DNA of 23,712 bases from Asterionella formosa (taxonomy: Eukaryota). This document shows, piece after piece, positions 1 to 11,350 of the stretch; within the stretch, counting starts at the first letter, position 1; each line of letters opens with the position of its first letter. Under the pieces are notes generated by a model. That model was not told the origin of the DNA, searched no databases, and saw only the letters and a list, made by a program, of their open reading frames with translations. The position numbers and the translations under genes were made by a program. The stretch spans positions 62,001 to 85,712 of the forward strand of contig NKIB01012145.1 in assembly GCA_002256025.1 (NCBI GenBank), in the 5' to 3' direction.

Positions 1-2
1 TT

Positions 3-1031
3 CAACATGGGCTTTGTGCTATATCAAGTTTCGCATTCACTACGTATGGCATGCTCCTCTGTGGCTATAGCTTTGATTTCAAAGGTGGATATCGGTATGG
101 GCAGCTTGCACTGAAGCTCTTAGATAGATTTGCAGCTAAGGAATGGCTTCCTCGCGTTTATGCTGGAGTCTTTGGAATCATTCATGGATGGAATCTCCCG
201 ATGGAATCAGCATTGGAACCATTATCTCGTGCAGTGCGGGTCGGACTAGAAACCGGTGATATTGAATTTGCTTGCCTTAATGCAGCAATTTTGAATTTTA
301 TGCAGTTTGACCTGGGAAAGCCTCTGCAAGAGTTGAAAGCACAAATCGAAAAGAATTCTAGCGAGATGAGAATGTTGAAACAGGAATCGAGTGTAAAAAT
401 GCAGGAATCATTCCTCCACATGGTAAATGTATTCTTGGACCTTGACGAGGGTGCACAGGTCCGACAATTTCAGTCCAATCATGGAATCCCTGACAACTGG
501 ATTCACTGTCATAAATGCGCTACAAGCTACATTTTTGGCGATTTTGAAATGGCTCTAGCTGAAGGCAATCTTGCGCAAAGATGTGGCGATCCTCCCTATA
601 AAGGTGTTGACATAGCTTTTGGGATTGTGTTTCACGGCTTAGCTTGTTTGGCGGTATGCCAAACGGCTGGAAACAATCAGCGAAAATTAATAGCAAACGC
701 AAAGAGGCACATGAAGCTTATTGAACGAATTTCTCATGGTGCGCCAGAGTATTGTCTAGGGAAACTGTTCCTTTTACGAGCTGAGTTATCTGTTGTGAGG
801 GGCCAGTTTGACAAGGCCCGCTCGGAGTATATTTCAGCAATAGCTCTTGCAACAAAAAGTGCTCTTCTGATGGATCTGGGCGTTGCAAACGAGAGAGCAG
901 GGCGTTTTATGCAGATGCTTGGAGACCCCCGGGGTCTCCCTCTTTTGAATGAAGCTGTTGTCGTGTTTGAGAAGTGGGGCGCGAAGTCAAAGGCAAGGAT
1001 GTTGCGGGAGAAGCTTGCTGTTCTGTTATAA
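3..1031 (+). CDS. C-terminal part (5'-truncated by the window) of a helical/TPR-like repeat protein resembling the region after the ATPase domain in COG3899-type STAND/AAA ATPases
   Basis: The frame is open from position 3 (QHGLCAISSFAFTTYG-MLLC...), so the ATG at 51 is internal; stop TAA ends at 1031. Motifs 'AVRVGLETGDIEFA', 'LLRAEL', 'GVANERAGRF' and 'FEKWGAKSKARML' resemble bacterial multi-sensor kinase/ATPase proteins and their diatom relatives. Family recognised from memory, no search run. Confidence 0.65.
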   Translation, partial: QHGLCAISSFAFTTYGMLLCGYSFDFKGGYRYGQLALKLLDRFAAKEWLPRVYAGVFGIIHGWNLPMESALEPLSRAVRVGLETGDIEFACLNAAILNFMQFDLGKPLQELKAQIEKNSSEMRMLKQESSVKMQESFLHMVNVFLDLDEGAQVRQFQSNHGIPDNWIHCHKCATSYIFGDFEMALAEGNLAQRCGDPPYKGVDIAFGIVFHGLACLAVCQTAGNNQRKLIANAKRHMKLIERISHGAPEYCLGKLFLLRAELSVVRGQFDKARSEYISAIALATKSALLMDLGVANERAGRFMQMLGDPRGLPLLNEAVVVFEKWGAKSKARMLREKLAVLL

Positions 1032-1217
1032 TAGCAAGGTGTGAGTAGTGGAGCCTCTATACCAATAGTGTGAGAGTTCGCTTCCTACACTACTGCCCTG
1101 TTTGGATTGAGTCAAACCTATACTAAAAGCGAAGGCTACAAGTGTAACACAATATTCATATGATGTAACTTATGACATCGTAAGAGCCTATGTAGTCCCC
1201 ACAATTGCCCCGTGCAA

Positions 1218-4200
1218 CTAGAGGTCCATGCTGCCTTGAGAGTCATCGAGAGCCATCCGTTGCACCTTCTCGCTCGCAGAAACTGATGCATTGGTTTTGT
1301 CTAAAAACGGCCCATTACTAGCACCTTTTCCAGCTACCCCGAACGCCTTAGGATTTATGGTTACGCTCTTGGTGCAGTTATTGGTCTTATAGATGCCGAC
1401 AAGTCGATCTGCTAGTTCAAACATGTTGTTGCGCAATGAAATAATGATGAATTGAGCATTCTTCGTCCTCTCTTTGATATAGTTCGCCACAATTGAAACA
1501 TTCTTGAAATCCAAAGCGGCGTCAATTTCGTCCATGACGTACAACGGAGTGGGCTTGTAGTGATGGAGTGCAAATACCAAAGCCAATGACGACAAGGTTT
1601 TTTCTCCGCCGGACAAGTTTGCGATATTTTTCCATGACTTTTTGGGAGGCCGAACTGAAAACACAATCCCTTCAGAAAAGGGGTCAAGAGAGTCAACTAG
1701 TTCAAGCTCAGCGTCACCACCAAGCGTGATCATCTGGTACATCTCCTTCAGTTTGAGCGTGATCGTGCCAAACCCATCCATAAATTTGTCCAGACGGAGT
1801 CGTCGGAGTTCTTCGTGCGCCTTCCTTGCTGCATTCCTCTCTTCGGAGACAGTGTCTAGTTCACTTACGCGAGCAAGATAGTCCGCTTCTTTCTTGCGGT
1901 ACTCCGCAATAGCTCCCATGTTTGCGTTCTTTGCGAGTGATGCCTTCTCGGATTCCAGTGTGTTGATATCCCCCTTTACCTCAATGAGATCATACTGCTC
2001 TAGCAACGCAAAAGGAAACGTTGGAAGCGATGATCCAGCGGTTGACTTCAGAGTTGGGTCCTCCTTTTTGTCAGAAGATTCCATTTCAGTGTTACTGTCA
2101 GCACTTTCGATGTTCTGAGGAAGAACAGGATCAGCTTCGTCTTCTGACTCATCAAAGTCGTCTTCTGCTGCTGCGTCGCGCAATTTGTTGATTTCAACCT
2201 CCCAGTGGAGTCGCTTGTTTTCACAATCATGGATATGCTTATTGAAAGCGTCCAACTGACCCAGAAGCTCGATCTCAATGCCTTTGATCTTCGACTGAGA
2301 CTTCTTGAGAGCTTCCACTTCTTTGGTTACAGAGTCCAGTGCCTTTCTCTTTTCCGACTCCGTCACTTTCACTTGTTCGAAGGCTTGCATGACTGTAAAA
2401 GCCTCCTCATCCATCTTCTTGAACTCTCTTTGCTTCTCCATGCCGGCCTCCATGCATTTTTCCAATTCAAGTTCTGCGACACCCTTGGCCTCGCGCGCCT
2501 TTTTGGCAGCCTTCAGATTGGTTGTTAGCGCCACCTTAGTAGTGGTTAGGGCATTTTCAGCGCTGTTAAGCCTTTCAAGAACGCTGTCGCACTGTGATTG
2601 CTGCTTCTTGAGTCTGGGTCCTCCTGCATCTAGAATAGCTTTTTGCAGTTTGTTAACCTCAGCTTCAAGCTTCGCAGCCAACATGGCACATGCCGCCATA
2701 TCAGACTTGCATTTTCCAACATTGCCCTTGAGTTCCTTCAAGCGCTTTCCTTCAGATTCGCTCAAGTTGCACTGTGCTCGAAGATCAGGGATACGCTTAG
2801 TCAACTCTTCTCTAGTAGTATCGCACCCATTGATATCAATGGAAAGTTTTGGTGGTTTTGTAGACAGGTCCTTAACCCGCTTCGTCAAAGCGCGGATCTC
2901 GTCCACTAGTTCTTTTCTTCGCTTACGACATAATTGGAGTTCTTCCAGAGCATCGGCGGCTTGCTTTTCAAGGTTCTTGCAGTCAAGGTCAGTTCCATCA
3001 TCGTCGATGATGGCCATGGAGGCAGGTCGACCGTTTGCAAGTCTCATTCCACCTTTCCGGACAGACTTTCCACCTCCGGCCATAGTTCCAGATGTTTCAA
3101 TTAGTCCACCGTCGAGCGTTACAACTCGCCATCTCTTACTAAAATCATATGCCCAGCGTGTCGCCGTTTCTAGATCAGGGGCAACAAGGGTATTTGATAC
3201 GCCCAAGTAAATTGCTGGTGTGACAGCGAAGTTAGAAGGTGTGATTAATTCAAAAAGCCGTGGTGCTCCTTCAGGTGTTTCTACGGAACGATCATGAGCC
3301 CCTTTACTCATCTTATCAAGAGGAATGAAGTTGGCTCTCCCAAGTTCGTGCTCACGAAGAAATTTAAGGCATCGCTGTGCCCCTGCTGTAGTTTGGACAA
3401 CAATGTGATCAAGCATAGTGCAAGCCGTTGAGACCGCAACATCATATTTTGCCGGAATTGTGGCTAGATCTCCCAGGCGTCCAAGGATCCCAACCTTGGA
3501 AAGCTCTCCTCCACTTCGTGACGCACGGAGAATGCCTTCCACGGCTCTAGACTTTTCTGCTCCACTGGCTCGAAGTGCTGCTTTGGCCTCCTCGGTCATG
3601 GCCTGAAACAAATCCAAGAATGTGTTAGTGTGTTGGCGAGGCAATGAAAGTCACGGTAAAACACATTGAACTCACCATCAACTCTTTGTTTCTTTTAGCA
3701 AGAGAGACCTCCTTTCGTGCCAACTCCTTCTCTTCATTTTCAGCGGCGATAATGCGCATTGTGGACTTGGCTAATTCGTCGTTGCACATGCGAAGCTCAT
3801 CGCGTTTCTTCGCTTGAGTTTCGTCCAGGGATGCAAGTTCCTTCTCGGCAGCATTAAGTTGGTCTTTGGCACGATTTTGGAAATCGGTCAAGAGATTGAC
3901 TTCGGTGTTGGCAGTATCTATGGCTGCTTGCTTGACAGCACGTTCTTGATTGACGGGAGCAAGTTCTTGCATCTTAGCGTCGAGTTGAACGCGAAGCGTG
4001 TCAGTGACTCCTTTAGATTCCTCTTGAATTTCCTCAAGTTTTTCATCTTCTCTAGCCTTATCTGCAGTCAAAGCTTCAATTTGAGCTTCGAGTTCAGGGA
4101 TGCAAGTCTTCGCCTCCTCCCCACTTTTGATAGCAGTTTCTTCCTTCTTTACCTCCAATTTCACCTTGGCCTCAAGCTTCTTCTTCTGCGCCTTGAAGTG

Positions 4201-5354
4201 CTTGATTTCCTCCTTAATCTTTATATCGCGGCGCTCGTAGGCAGCAAACTCCTCCTTCGTATCAATAAGTTCTTTGTGAATCTTGTCGTATTCTCGCTTC
4301 TGTGCTGCAAAGCCGTCTTCAATCTCTTTGACGCGATCATCGGCCAGCTTTAGCTGTTTGCGTTCCAATTCTAATTTTTCTTCAATACACTGCTTGTCAC
4401 AGATTATTTTTTTAGATTCCTTCACAGTCTGCATCATGTTGATCTGGTATAAAATGTTTTTCTTCCGCCGTATTTCACGCTCCTTTCCAAGCAACGCCTC
4501 TGCTTCAACCTTTGCTCCTTCTAAATTGTCTTTTTCCTTTTCTACTGCCTTTACACGGTTCAGCTTCTCTTGGCGTTGCTCCGAAAGTGCTTCTACTTTG
4601 GCGGCGGCAAGATTAGTCTCCTCAACGAATTTGTTGGATCCAATGATGTCCTCAAGGTATTCCAAAAGTCCCTCATCGTTTTCTGTCTTCCCCTTTGGAG
4701 GCATCATGGAGATCATCTCCACTTCTCCCTGCAAAATCAAGAATCGATTATTATCCAGGTCGATACCCTTGGATCCAAGGTAAGCCGCGACGCCTTTGAA
4801 AGAGCAGTTTTTTCCATTGAGCTTGTATTGTGATGAGTTGTCTGTCCTGGCCAATCTCTCAACAACGCACTCTGTTTGGGGGACAAGTTCATAGTCGTCG
4901 TCTCCGTCACCAGTGTCGATTATTTCTTGAAAGTACACGGATACACGAGCGTACTGAGGAGGGTTCTTCTTGACAGCATCTGAGTTGTGAATAAGCTCAC
5001 TGACTTTGTTCAAGCGAAGTTTTTTGGCTCGCTTTCCGAAGACAAAAAGCATGGCATCGATCACATTTGACTTGCCAGATCCGTTAGGACCCACGATTGA
5101 CGAGAAGCACTTGTGGAAGGGTCCAATCTCGCGAACACCAGCGTATGATTTGAAGTTTTCAAGAACCTGGTTTCATCAAGACGCAAGTGAGGTCAGACGC
5201 GAAGCTGCCTGCGTCGGAAAAACGCGGTGCAACACAAATGACTTACCATCTTTGTGATCATTAGTCGCTGTGGCGGTCTATCTTCGACGCCCATGATTCC
5301 TTCTTCGCCAAAGGCTGGCGCGTTCAGAGAAAGATCGAATTCTTGCTCTGTCAT
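1218..5354 (-). CDS. SMC4: Structural maintenance of chromosomes protein 4 (condensin subunit), ~1327 aa; exons 5354-5247, 5166-3676, 3602-1218
   Basis: Splicing gives RLMITKM|VLENFKSYAG...IVGPNGSGKSNVIDAMLFVFG (Walker A), FLILQGEVEMIS (Q-loop), hinge motifs GILGRLGDL and RWRVVTLDGGLIETSGTMAGG, signature LSGGEKTLSSLAL and Walker B YVMDEIDAALD. Phase-0 introns: 5246-5167 (GTAAGT..CAG, 80 nt) and 3675-3603 (GTGAGT..CAG, 73 nt). Confidence 0.96.
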
Positions 5355-5653
5355 GGTGGTGGATACCAAATCTACGTGTTGATTGTGCTTCTCTGAAATT
5401 CTGATAATAAAGTACGAGCAGGTGAGACGACGAGGCAATCGAAATTCAAATCTCAAAACCGTCACTTATTACATTCGTTCCAGCATCTACCGGGATACGA
5501 CATGTACCAGAGACCAGGTCCTACCGGTATATTATGTACCAGTGCGGGTACCAGTAGCTAGACGCTACGTAGTATCACACAGGTCTTTTACTACCAGTAC
5601 CAGGTACCTGGTACCAGGCGCTCTGAGACGAAGGCAACTACGATACTCTCAGG

Positions 5654-5753
5654 TACCTGCAAGTTGCGGTGATTTTGCTGAAACTAAAGATTTAGCTATC
5701 TTTATCTATGATTAAAATGTTAGTTCGAGCAAAATGACCGCAACTTGCTGGTA
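5654..5753. mobile_element. MITE copy 1 (~100 bp including TA flanks, ~26-bp TIRs, Tc1/mariner-like), in the divergent SMC4/GSS promoter region
   Basis: Left end TACCTGCAAGTTGCGGTGATTTTGCT and right end AGCAAAATGACCGCAACTTGCTGGTA are inverted repeats. Highly similar copies lie at 11706 and 20628. Confidence 0.85.
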
Positions 5754-5926
5754 TTATATATTAGTACTGGACGAAAGACGGTTTTTACTATAAGGGAAAC
5801 ACAGATAAACTTCTCTTTTACCGTACCAGGTACCAGAAACCATTCTTTTGATTATAGCCAGCCCTACACTATAGAGCATAGAGTGTTATCATTTTATCAT
5901 TTCTTCGTTTCCCCACACACCGCACC

Positions 5927-7615
5927 ATGAGAAGAAACAACAGGAGGCGCTATTGTGCGTTCAGAAACAAAGCAGCAATGGTGTTGGCCTTGAACTCTCT
6001 GCATTGCTTCCCAAGTGTTCGATTTCTGACTCTCGGATTGGCCCTCGGTGAGAGGAACACCCTTCCCTTGGAAAAATTAACTGCTCATGCCAATTCTTAC
6101 GCATCGGCGCGTGGACTTCAGGTGGAGAAACGTACCGGCGATGGCTCTTCGCTCTACGAATGCGCTCCAATGTCCTTACTTCCAAATGCTTACCCGAAGG
6201 AAGCGTTTTGTCGTGCCCAATCTCTAGCCATGCCCTTCAACCTATTGGTAGATCGCATCAGTCGAGACGGAAACTTCTTGGTGAATACATTGGGAGGTGG
6301 GGTTGCGGATGCAGATCCTTTTACTGGAAAGCTTCTCAAATTGTACAAGAAGATATACATGGAAGATCAAGATACATTTGCTAAATCGGCAGACTTGTTG
6401 GGAATTCTGCGATCGGATTACATGTTGAACTTTAAAGGACAAGGACAGCCACTGGAACTCAAACAAGTGGAGCTCAACACAATCGCTGCTTCATTTGCTG
6501 GGTTGGCAGTCAATGTCGCCGCTTTGCATCGGCACTTAATTTCGAGATTCCGATCAGATGTGCATGATTTTATTTGTGTCAATAAAGGTGTCATTAGCGG
6601 CTCTGCTGACGCCGAATTGTCCGACGACGATGGAGTACCAGAAAATCCGGCCTTACTTTTTATACCAGAAGCCATGAATGTTGCACACGAACGTTATAAG
6701 AGCAGGTTTCCAGATTCCGACCCAGTAATTCTTTTTGTGGTGCAAGAAGGCGAAACGAATACAGTGGACCAGAGGATGCTTGAATTTCGTTTATGGGAAG
6801 CACATGGAATTCCAGTCGTTCGCATGTCTTTGACTAGAGCACAAACAGACTTGCACGTCGATCCAAGTACCGGAGCGGTCCACATTACTACAGGAGGAGG
6901 GCGTGAAGAAGTATCCGTCGTATATTTTCGTTCTGGGTATGCTCCGACGGATTATCCGGATGGATATGAAGGAATTGAATGGGAGGCAAGAGAACGGATT
7001 GAACGGTCACGTGCCACGAAGTGCCCGAGTTTGGGATATCACCTAGCAGGAACCAAAAAGGTGCAACAGGAATTGGCAAGGTCAGGATGTCTTGAGCGCT
7101 TCTTTCCTGATGTCAACGAAGCTCCCATCGTAACAGACATTAGAAACGTTTTTGCTGGACTTTACAGTTTGGGCGAAGATACCGCACCTGAAGATCTAGA
7201 AGCAGTCAATGATGCTATCAACGGATCTGAAGGACGATATGTGCTCAAGCCACAGCGAGAGGGAGGTGGCTATAACTTTTATGGTAATCAACTGGCTGTG
7301 AAACTTAAAGAGAATATCGAACGAGCACCATCTAGTGATGATATCAAGCTTGGAAAAGGACTCGCGGAATTTATATTGATGGAAAGATTATTTCCGCCCC
7401 AACAACAGGCCGTGCTCTTACGGTCAGGAAGGGTACAAGGCAGTGGAGCGAGTATTTCTGAACTGGGCTGTTTCGGTACATTGGTTGTTTCAAGTGAAGG
7501 AGTTGTGGTTCACAACAAATACGCCGGCTTTTTACTTCGCACTAAATTCAGCAATGTTGACGAAGGAGGTGTTGCTTCTGGATTCGCCACATTGTCAAGT
7601 CCCTTTCTCTGCTAG
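5927..7615 (+). CDS. GSS: Eukaryotic-type glutathione synthetase, 562 aa (alternative in-frame ATG at 5978)
   Basis: Single ORF with the motifs LRSDYM, KQVELNTIAASF, YFRSGYAPTDY, KCPSLGYHLAGTKKVQQELA, VLKPQREGGGYNFYG, SELGCFG and GFLLRTK..EGGVASGF. Confidence 0.95.
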   Translation: MRRNNRRRYCAFRNKAAMVLALNSLHCFPSVRFLTLGLALGERNTLPLEKLTAHANSYASARGLQVEKRTGDGSSLYECAPMSLLPNAYPKEAFCRAQSLAMPFNLLVDRISRDGNFLVNTLGGGVADADPFTGKLLKLYKKIYMEDQDTFAKSADLLGILRSDYMLNFKGQGQPLELKQVELNTIAASFAGLAVNVAALHRHLISRFRSDVHDFICVNKGVISGSADAELSDDDGVPENPALLFIPEAMNVAHERYKSRFPDSDPVILFVVQEGETNTVDQRMLEFRLWEAHGIPVVRMSLTRAQTDLHVDPSTGAVHITTGGGREEVSVVYFRSGYAPTDYPDGYEGIEWEARERIERSRATKCPSLGYHLAGTKKVQQELARSGCLERFFPDVNEAPIVTDIRNVFAGLYSLGEDTAPEDLEAVNDAINGSEGRYVLKPQREGGGYNFYGNQLAVKLKENIERAPSSDDIKLGKGLAEFILMERLFPPQQQAVLLRSGRVQGSGASISELGCFGTLVVSSEGVVVHNKYAGFLLRTKFSNVDEGGVASGFATLSSPFLC

Positions 7616-7802
7616 CTAAATAATGACATTGGAAATTCTCAAAATAAAAATTCATACCGGTAGTTCATTAATTTACTGGGCCGTGCGACCAAGTTTGGTA
7701 CGTAGATTGTTAACAAGATGTTGAGAATTCAAACAAAGTAATTCATGGGGTGTATGCTTCTTGTCACGTAAGTATGTGAAGAACCATGTAGGCATACTAC
7801 TT

Positions 7803-9347
7803 TTAGAGGTCAAAGAAAGTCAAAGGGTCAGGCTTTCCAATGGCATGAACCTCAAAACCAATCTTTCGAAGTGCATTGTGGTCCAAGAGGTTGCGTCCAT
7901 CAAAGAGAAAGGCAGGCTTGGCCATGGACTTAAAGATGCGTGTGTAGTCTAGGTCCTTGAAACAGTCCCATTCAGTCAATACGCAAATAGCGTGTGCACC
8001 ATCACATGCCGAGTAAGCGTCTGGTGAGGTGGTGACCGATTTGTCAAGTCCTGGAGTATTTGTGTGGTTCACGTGACAAGTGTAATCCATCTCAATCCAC
8101 ATATCCTCACGCTTGACTTCTGGATCGAAAATGTGAATATTGGCTTGCTCCTGGAGCAAATCACGAACCACAAACATGGAAGGAGTCTCACGGACATCAC
8201 CGGTGTCCTTCTTGAAGGCATAACCAAGAATAGCAATCTTCTTTCCAGTCACAGTGTTGAACATCTTTCCAACAATTTTTTCTGTGAAACGTTTCTTCTG
8301 GTAGTCGTTCATCACGATGACTTGATTCCAGTACGCAGCGCATTCGTCCAATCCATAGGACTCGCAGAGGTAGACAAGGTTGAGAATGTCCTTTTGAAAG
8401 CAAGAGCCCCCAAAGCCGACCGACGATTGCAAGAATCTGCGACCAATGCGATCGTCCATGCCGACAGCGCGGCTAATCTCGTTAACATCAGCTCCAGTGG
8501 CTTCGCAGAGAGCTGAGATGGAGTTGATCGAGGAGACCCGTTGGGCAAGGAATGCGTTTGCAACCAACTTGGATAGCTCCGAAGACCACAAGTTGGTGGT
8601 CAAGATTCTTTCCCGAGGCACCCAGTTAGCGTACACATCGGCAAGGAAGGTGGCTGCCTTGATGCCAGCTTCGTTCTGCTGTCCCCCAATGAGGACACGA
8701 TCCGGCTTGAACAAATCAGTCATGGCGGTACCTTCCGCGAGGAACTCTGGATTCGAAAGCACCTGGAAGTCTAGGCCCTTGTCGTTGGATTGCAGGACGC
8801 GAGCAATAGCATGTGCCGTTCTAACAGGCACAGTACTCTTTTCCACCACGATCTTGTTGGTAGTGGCAACCTCAGCAATCTTGCGCGCACAAAGCTCGCA
8901 GTTCTTGATGTTGGCAGCACGTCCAGCTCCAATCCCCGTCGTCTTCGTAGGAGTATTGACGGAAATGAAGATCACGTCGGCTCTTTGGATTTCGGCGTCG
9001 ATGTCAGTGGAGAAAAAGAGATTCTTGCCTCGACATGCCTGGACTACCTCAAGGAGGCCTGGCTCGTAAATAGGGAGCTCATCAGTGTTCCAAGCATCAA
9101 TCTGGTTCTTGGAGATATCACACACGCAAACACGGACCTGCAGACGAATGAATTGACAAGTGTAAGCTAAGGGTGGACAGGGGGATGGCAGGTCCAGTGT
9201 CGGACCAAGGCTCTAGCGAACAACCGTAGCTGAAACTGAAACTGAAGTGAAACTCACTCTGGGGCACATCTTCGCAATCACCGCCATGGTCGGTCCGCCG
9301 ACGTATCCGGCTCCCATGCACATCACGTAGACATCGAATTCGCTCAT
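7803..9347 (-). CDS. UGDH: UDP-glucose 6-dehydrogenase, ~474 aa; exons 9347-9258 and 9137-7803
   Basis: Exon 1 [30 protein letters not shown] carries the Rossmann GxGxxG. Phase-0 intron 9257-9138 (GTGAGT..CAG, 120 nt). Exon 2 has [40 protein letters not shown], catalytic [10 protein letters not shown] and [11 protein letters not shown]. Confidence 0.96.
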
Positions 9348-9729
9348 TGGATTAGAATGTGTTCCAGTTCGGGACCGATGGTGTGCGTGGGTGTTTGTTG
9401 AGTGATGTGGAAGATGCTAATCTAAATTCTATTCTTTGGCTGCACAATGATGCTGCACTATCGCATCTATTACTGAGTATCAGACTACCGGTAGACTCTA
9501 CCTTTTAAAGTTTACGTGTACATACATAGGTAAATACACAGTACGAAGTGGGGAGTAAACTGAACAGCTACTTACTCCGCAGCTATACTCAAATTTTTTG
9601 AATTTTTAACAATTCGTTGGAAAACAATCACGTTGCTCCTCTTTGAATATACAGCTAGTATAGAGTGATAAGTTACACAACCATTTTACCGGACACTGAG
9701 GTCGATGTGTACCGTATGTAAAAGGTAGC

Positions 9730-10560
9730 TACATACGACAAATTCCACACACGAGTATATGGAAAACGGAATCCAGAATCAGCTTGGATGCAGTAATGCC
9801 TGAAGTAGAAAATGAGCATACCATCATCAGGAAACAATGACAGTATACCGGTAGTATACTGGTATGCATAGAGGCTCCTGTTATGATGATGCCAGTCTCA
9901 CCAGAACAGTATGTGGGTATAATATGTGTCATGTATCCTGTCGGATTAACAATGGAACAGAACTCACATGGATTCGGTAAGTTTATAAAATCATACACTA
10001 TTCCTCCTTACTACAGTATTACTCTAGCATGCTCATAGACAAATGCTTTTTTTTCTTGTGAAGGAGCGAGAAACACCAATGGCTGCAATCAAAGCTGAGC
10101 AACTGGGGGGATGGTGGTGTAGCTATGTGCTGATGGTTACCAAATGTCTTTAATTGGACAAAGTTTGATGCAGCCTCATCAGGCCCTATGAACCGATATT
10201 GTTATGAACCCAAGGTGCATTTCCAATTGTCATCAATATGGTCCATTTACAAGCTAAAAATTAGGTTGCAAAAGGAAGTGTATCCTTTTGTGTTTCCTTC
10301 TTCGCCCAATATTCTATCCAGAATAATGGCATCACGAGTTCCGGTGACACAGAAAATTGCATGGTGAGTCCACAAGTCCTGCTCAGCTGCAACCGATGCT
10401 GAAATGCAGCCAAAACAGTGTACCATTTCAGAATGTCACCCCATGTGATCCTGGCAAAACCCATGATGATTTTCTAGTTGCAGTTCACCCTCCTGAACAT
10501 TATTTGCATGTTCACTTCCCTCTCTCGTCCATAAAGCGTCACGATTCAGCGAAATAAAAA
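9730..10560. pseudogene. Decayed coding-like, CpG-depleted relic, probably transposon-derived; identity unknown
   Basis: Protein-like reading frames broken by TGA/TAA stops on both strands. One intron-like segment, 9977-10063 (+, GTAAGT..poly-T..AAG). Only 5 CpG counted by eye in 9781-10260. Confidence 0.3.
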
Positions 10561-10607
10561 GCAGAACTCTTCTAGTTGCAAAAACGAGAGAACACACAGC
10601 ATATGAG

Positions 10608-10715
10608 TATGACTTTCAGGAAATCATTTTGACTTTCAGAAAATTCCTATGAATTTCAGGAAATGACTATGACTTTCAGGAAATTTCAGGAAATTTCAGC
10701 ATTTCTCAGGAAATC
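10608..10715. repeat. Degenerate minisatellite with core TTTCAGGAAAT (units ~10-20 bp)
   Basis: TATGACTTTCAGGAAAT / TTTGACTTTCAGAAAAT / TATGAATTTCAGGAAAT / TATGACTTTCAGGAAAT / TTCAGGAAAT / ...CTCAGGAAAT read directly. Confidence 0.8.
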
Positions 10716-11199
10716 TGTGCAATTTCCTTAAGTCTCCAAAATTTGGCTTTTCTGGCCAAGGTACTAAAATAACCACCTAAATTTTGTTCCGGAATAAAAG
10801 TACTACTACTAAGCTAGCTTGTTTCTAGGTGAGGCCGTTATTGTATATCCTCCACCTATAGATACCTAGGTAGTATGGTAGTAGGTTGTTCATATGTGAC
10901 CATGTTATTCTGTACCCTCCATCATCTACTAGAAGGTCCGGTAGTAGCGCACGTTCTATGCGCACCTTTCAGTTTCGACGCACTCCCGATGGATCGTCTC
11001 ATGCCTGCCGGACGAAAAAGACCAGCTTTCGACGAAAATAATATTCCTTAAGTAGTTTAGGAAAGCATTACTCTTATTGACCGATGATGATTTGCAGAAT
11101 CAGCCTCTGAACATGACTCAGATTTGCTGACTGATGAACAGGTTCAGCAAACCGTCTTCTAGCTTCGGAAGCAACATAGGAATCCTACCTTTCTACATT

Positions 11200-11350
11200 T
11201 AGAACTTGCTGACAATGGCTGGGATTTTCTGACACAACTAGAATTTGCTGACAATTACTAAAATGTATTGACTTCAACTACTAGAACTTGCTGATTATGA
11301 CAAAACTTGCTGACAGTGACTAGAATTTGCAAACAATGACTAGAACTTGC
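11200..11350. repeat. ~20-bp minisatellite, consensus TAGAAYTTGCTGACAATGAC, about 7-8 diverged copies
   Basis: Units such as tagaacttgctgacaatggc, tagaatttgctgacaattac, tagaacttgctgattatgac, aaaacttgctgacagtgac and tagaatttgcaaacaatgac. Confidence 0.85.

Noticed and set aside
2305..3210. 301-aa plus-strand ORF, and other antisense ORFs over SMC4, UGDH and CNOT1
   Set aside because: Antisense shadows of well-supported genes, with Ser/Leu/Phe-rich composition and no recognisable motifs.
3603..3675. Apparent split or frameshift of SMC4 into two ORFs
   Set aside because: Explained by a canonical 73-nt phase-0 intron.
5598..5618. CCWGG (Dcm) and GGTACC (KpnI) site clusters as a cloning or restriction-modification signature
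   Set aside because: The motifs are dispersed through native intergenic DNA and match the MITE termini; no vector sequence was seen.
9553..9578. Short inverted repeat GGAGTAA..TTACTCC upstream of UGDH
   Set aside because: Only a 7-bp stem with no second copy in the window; compatible with chance.
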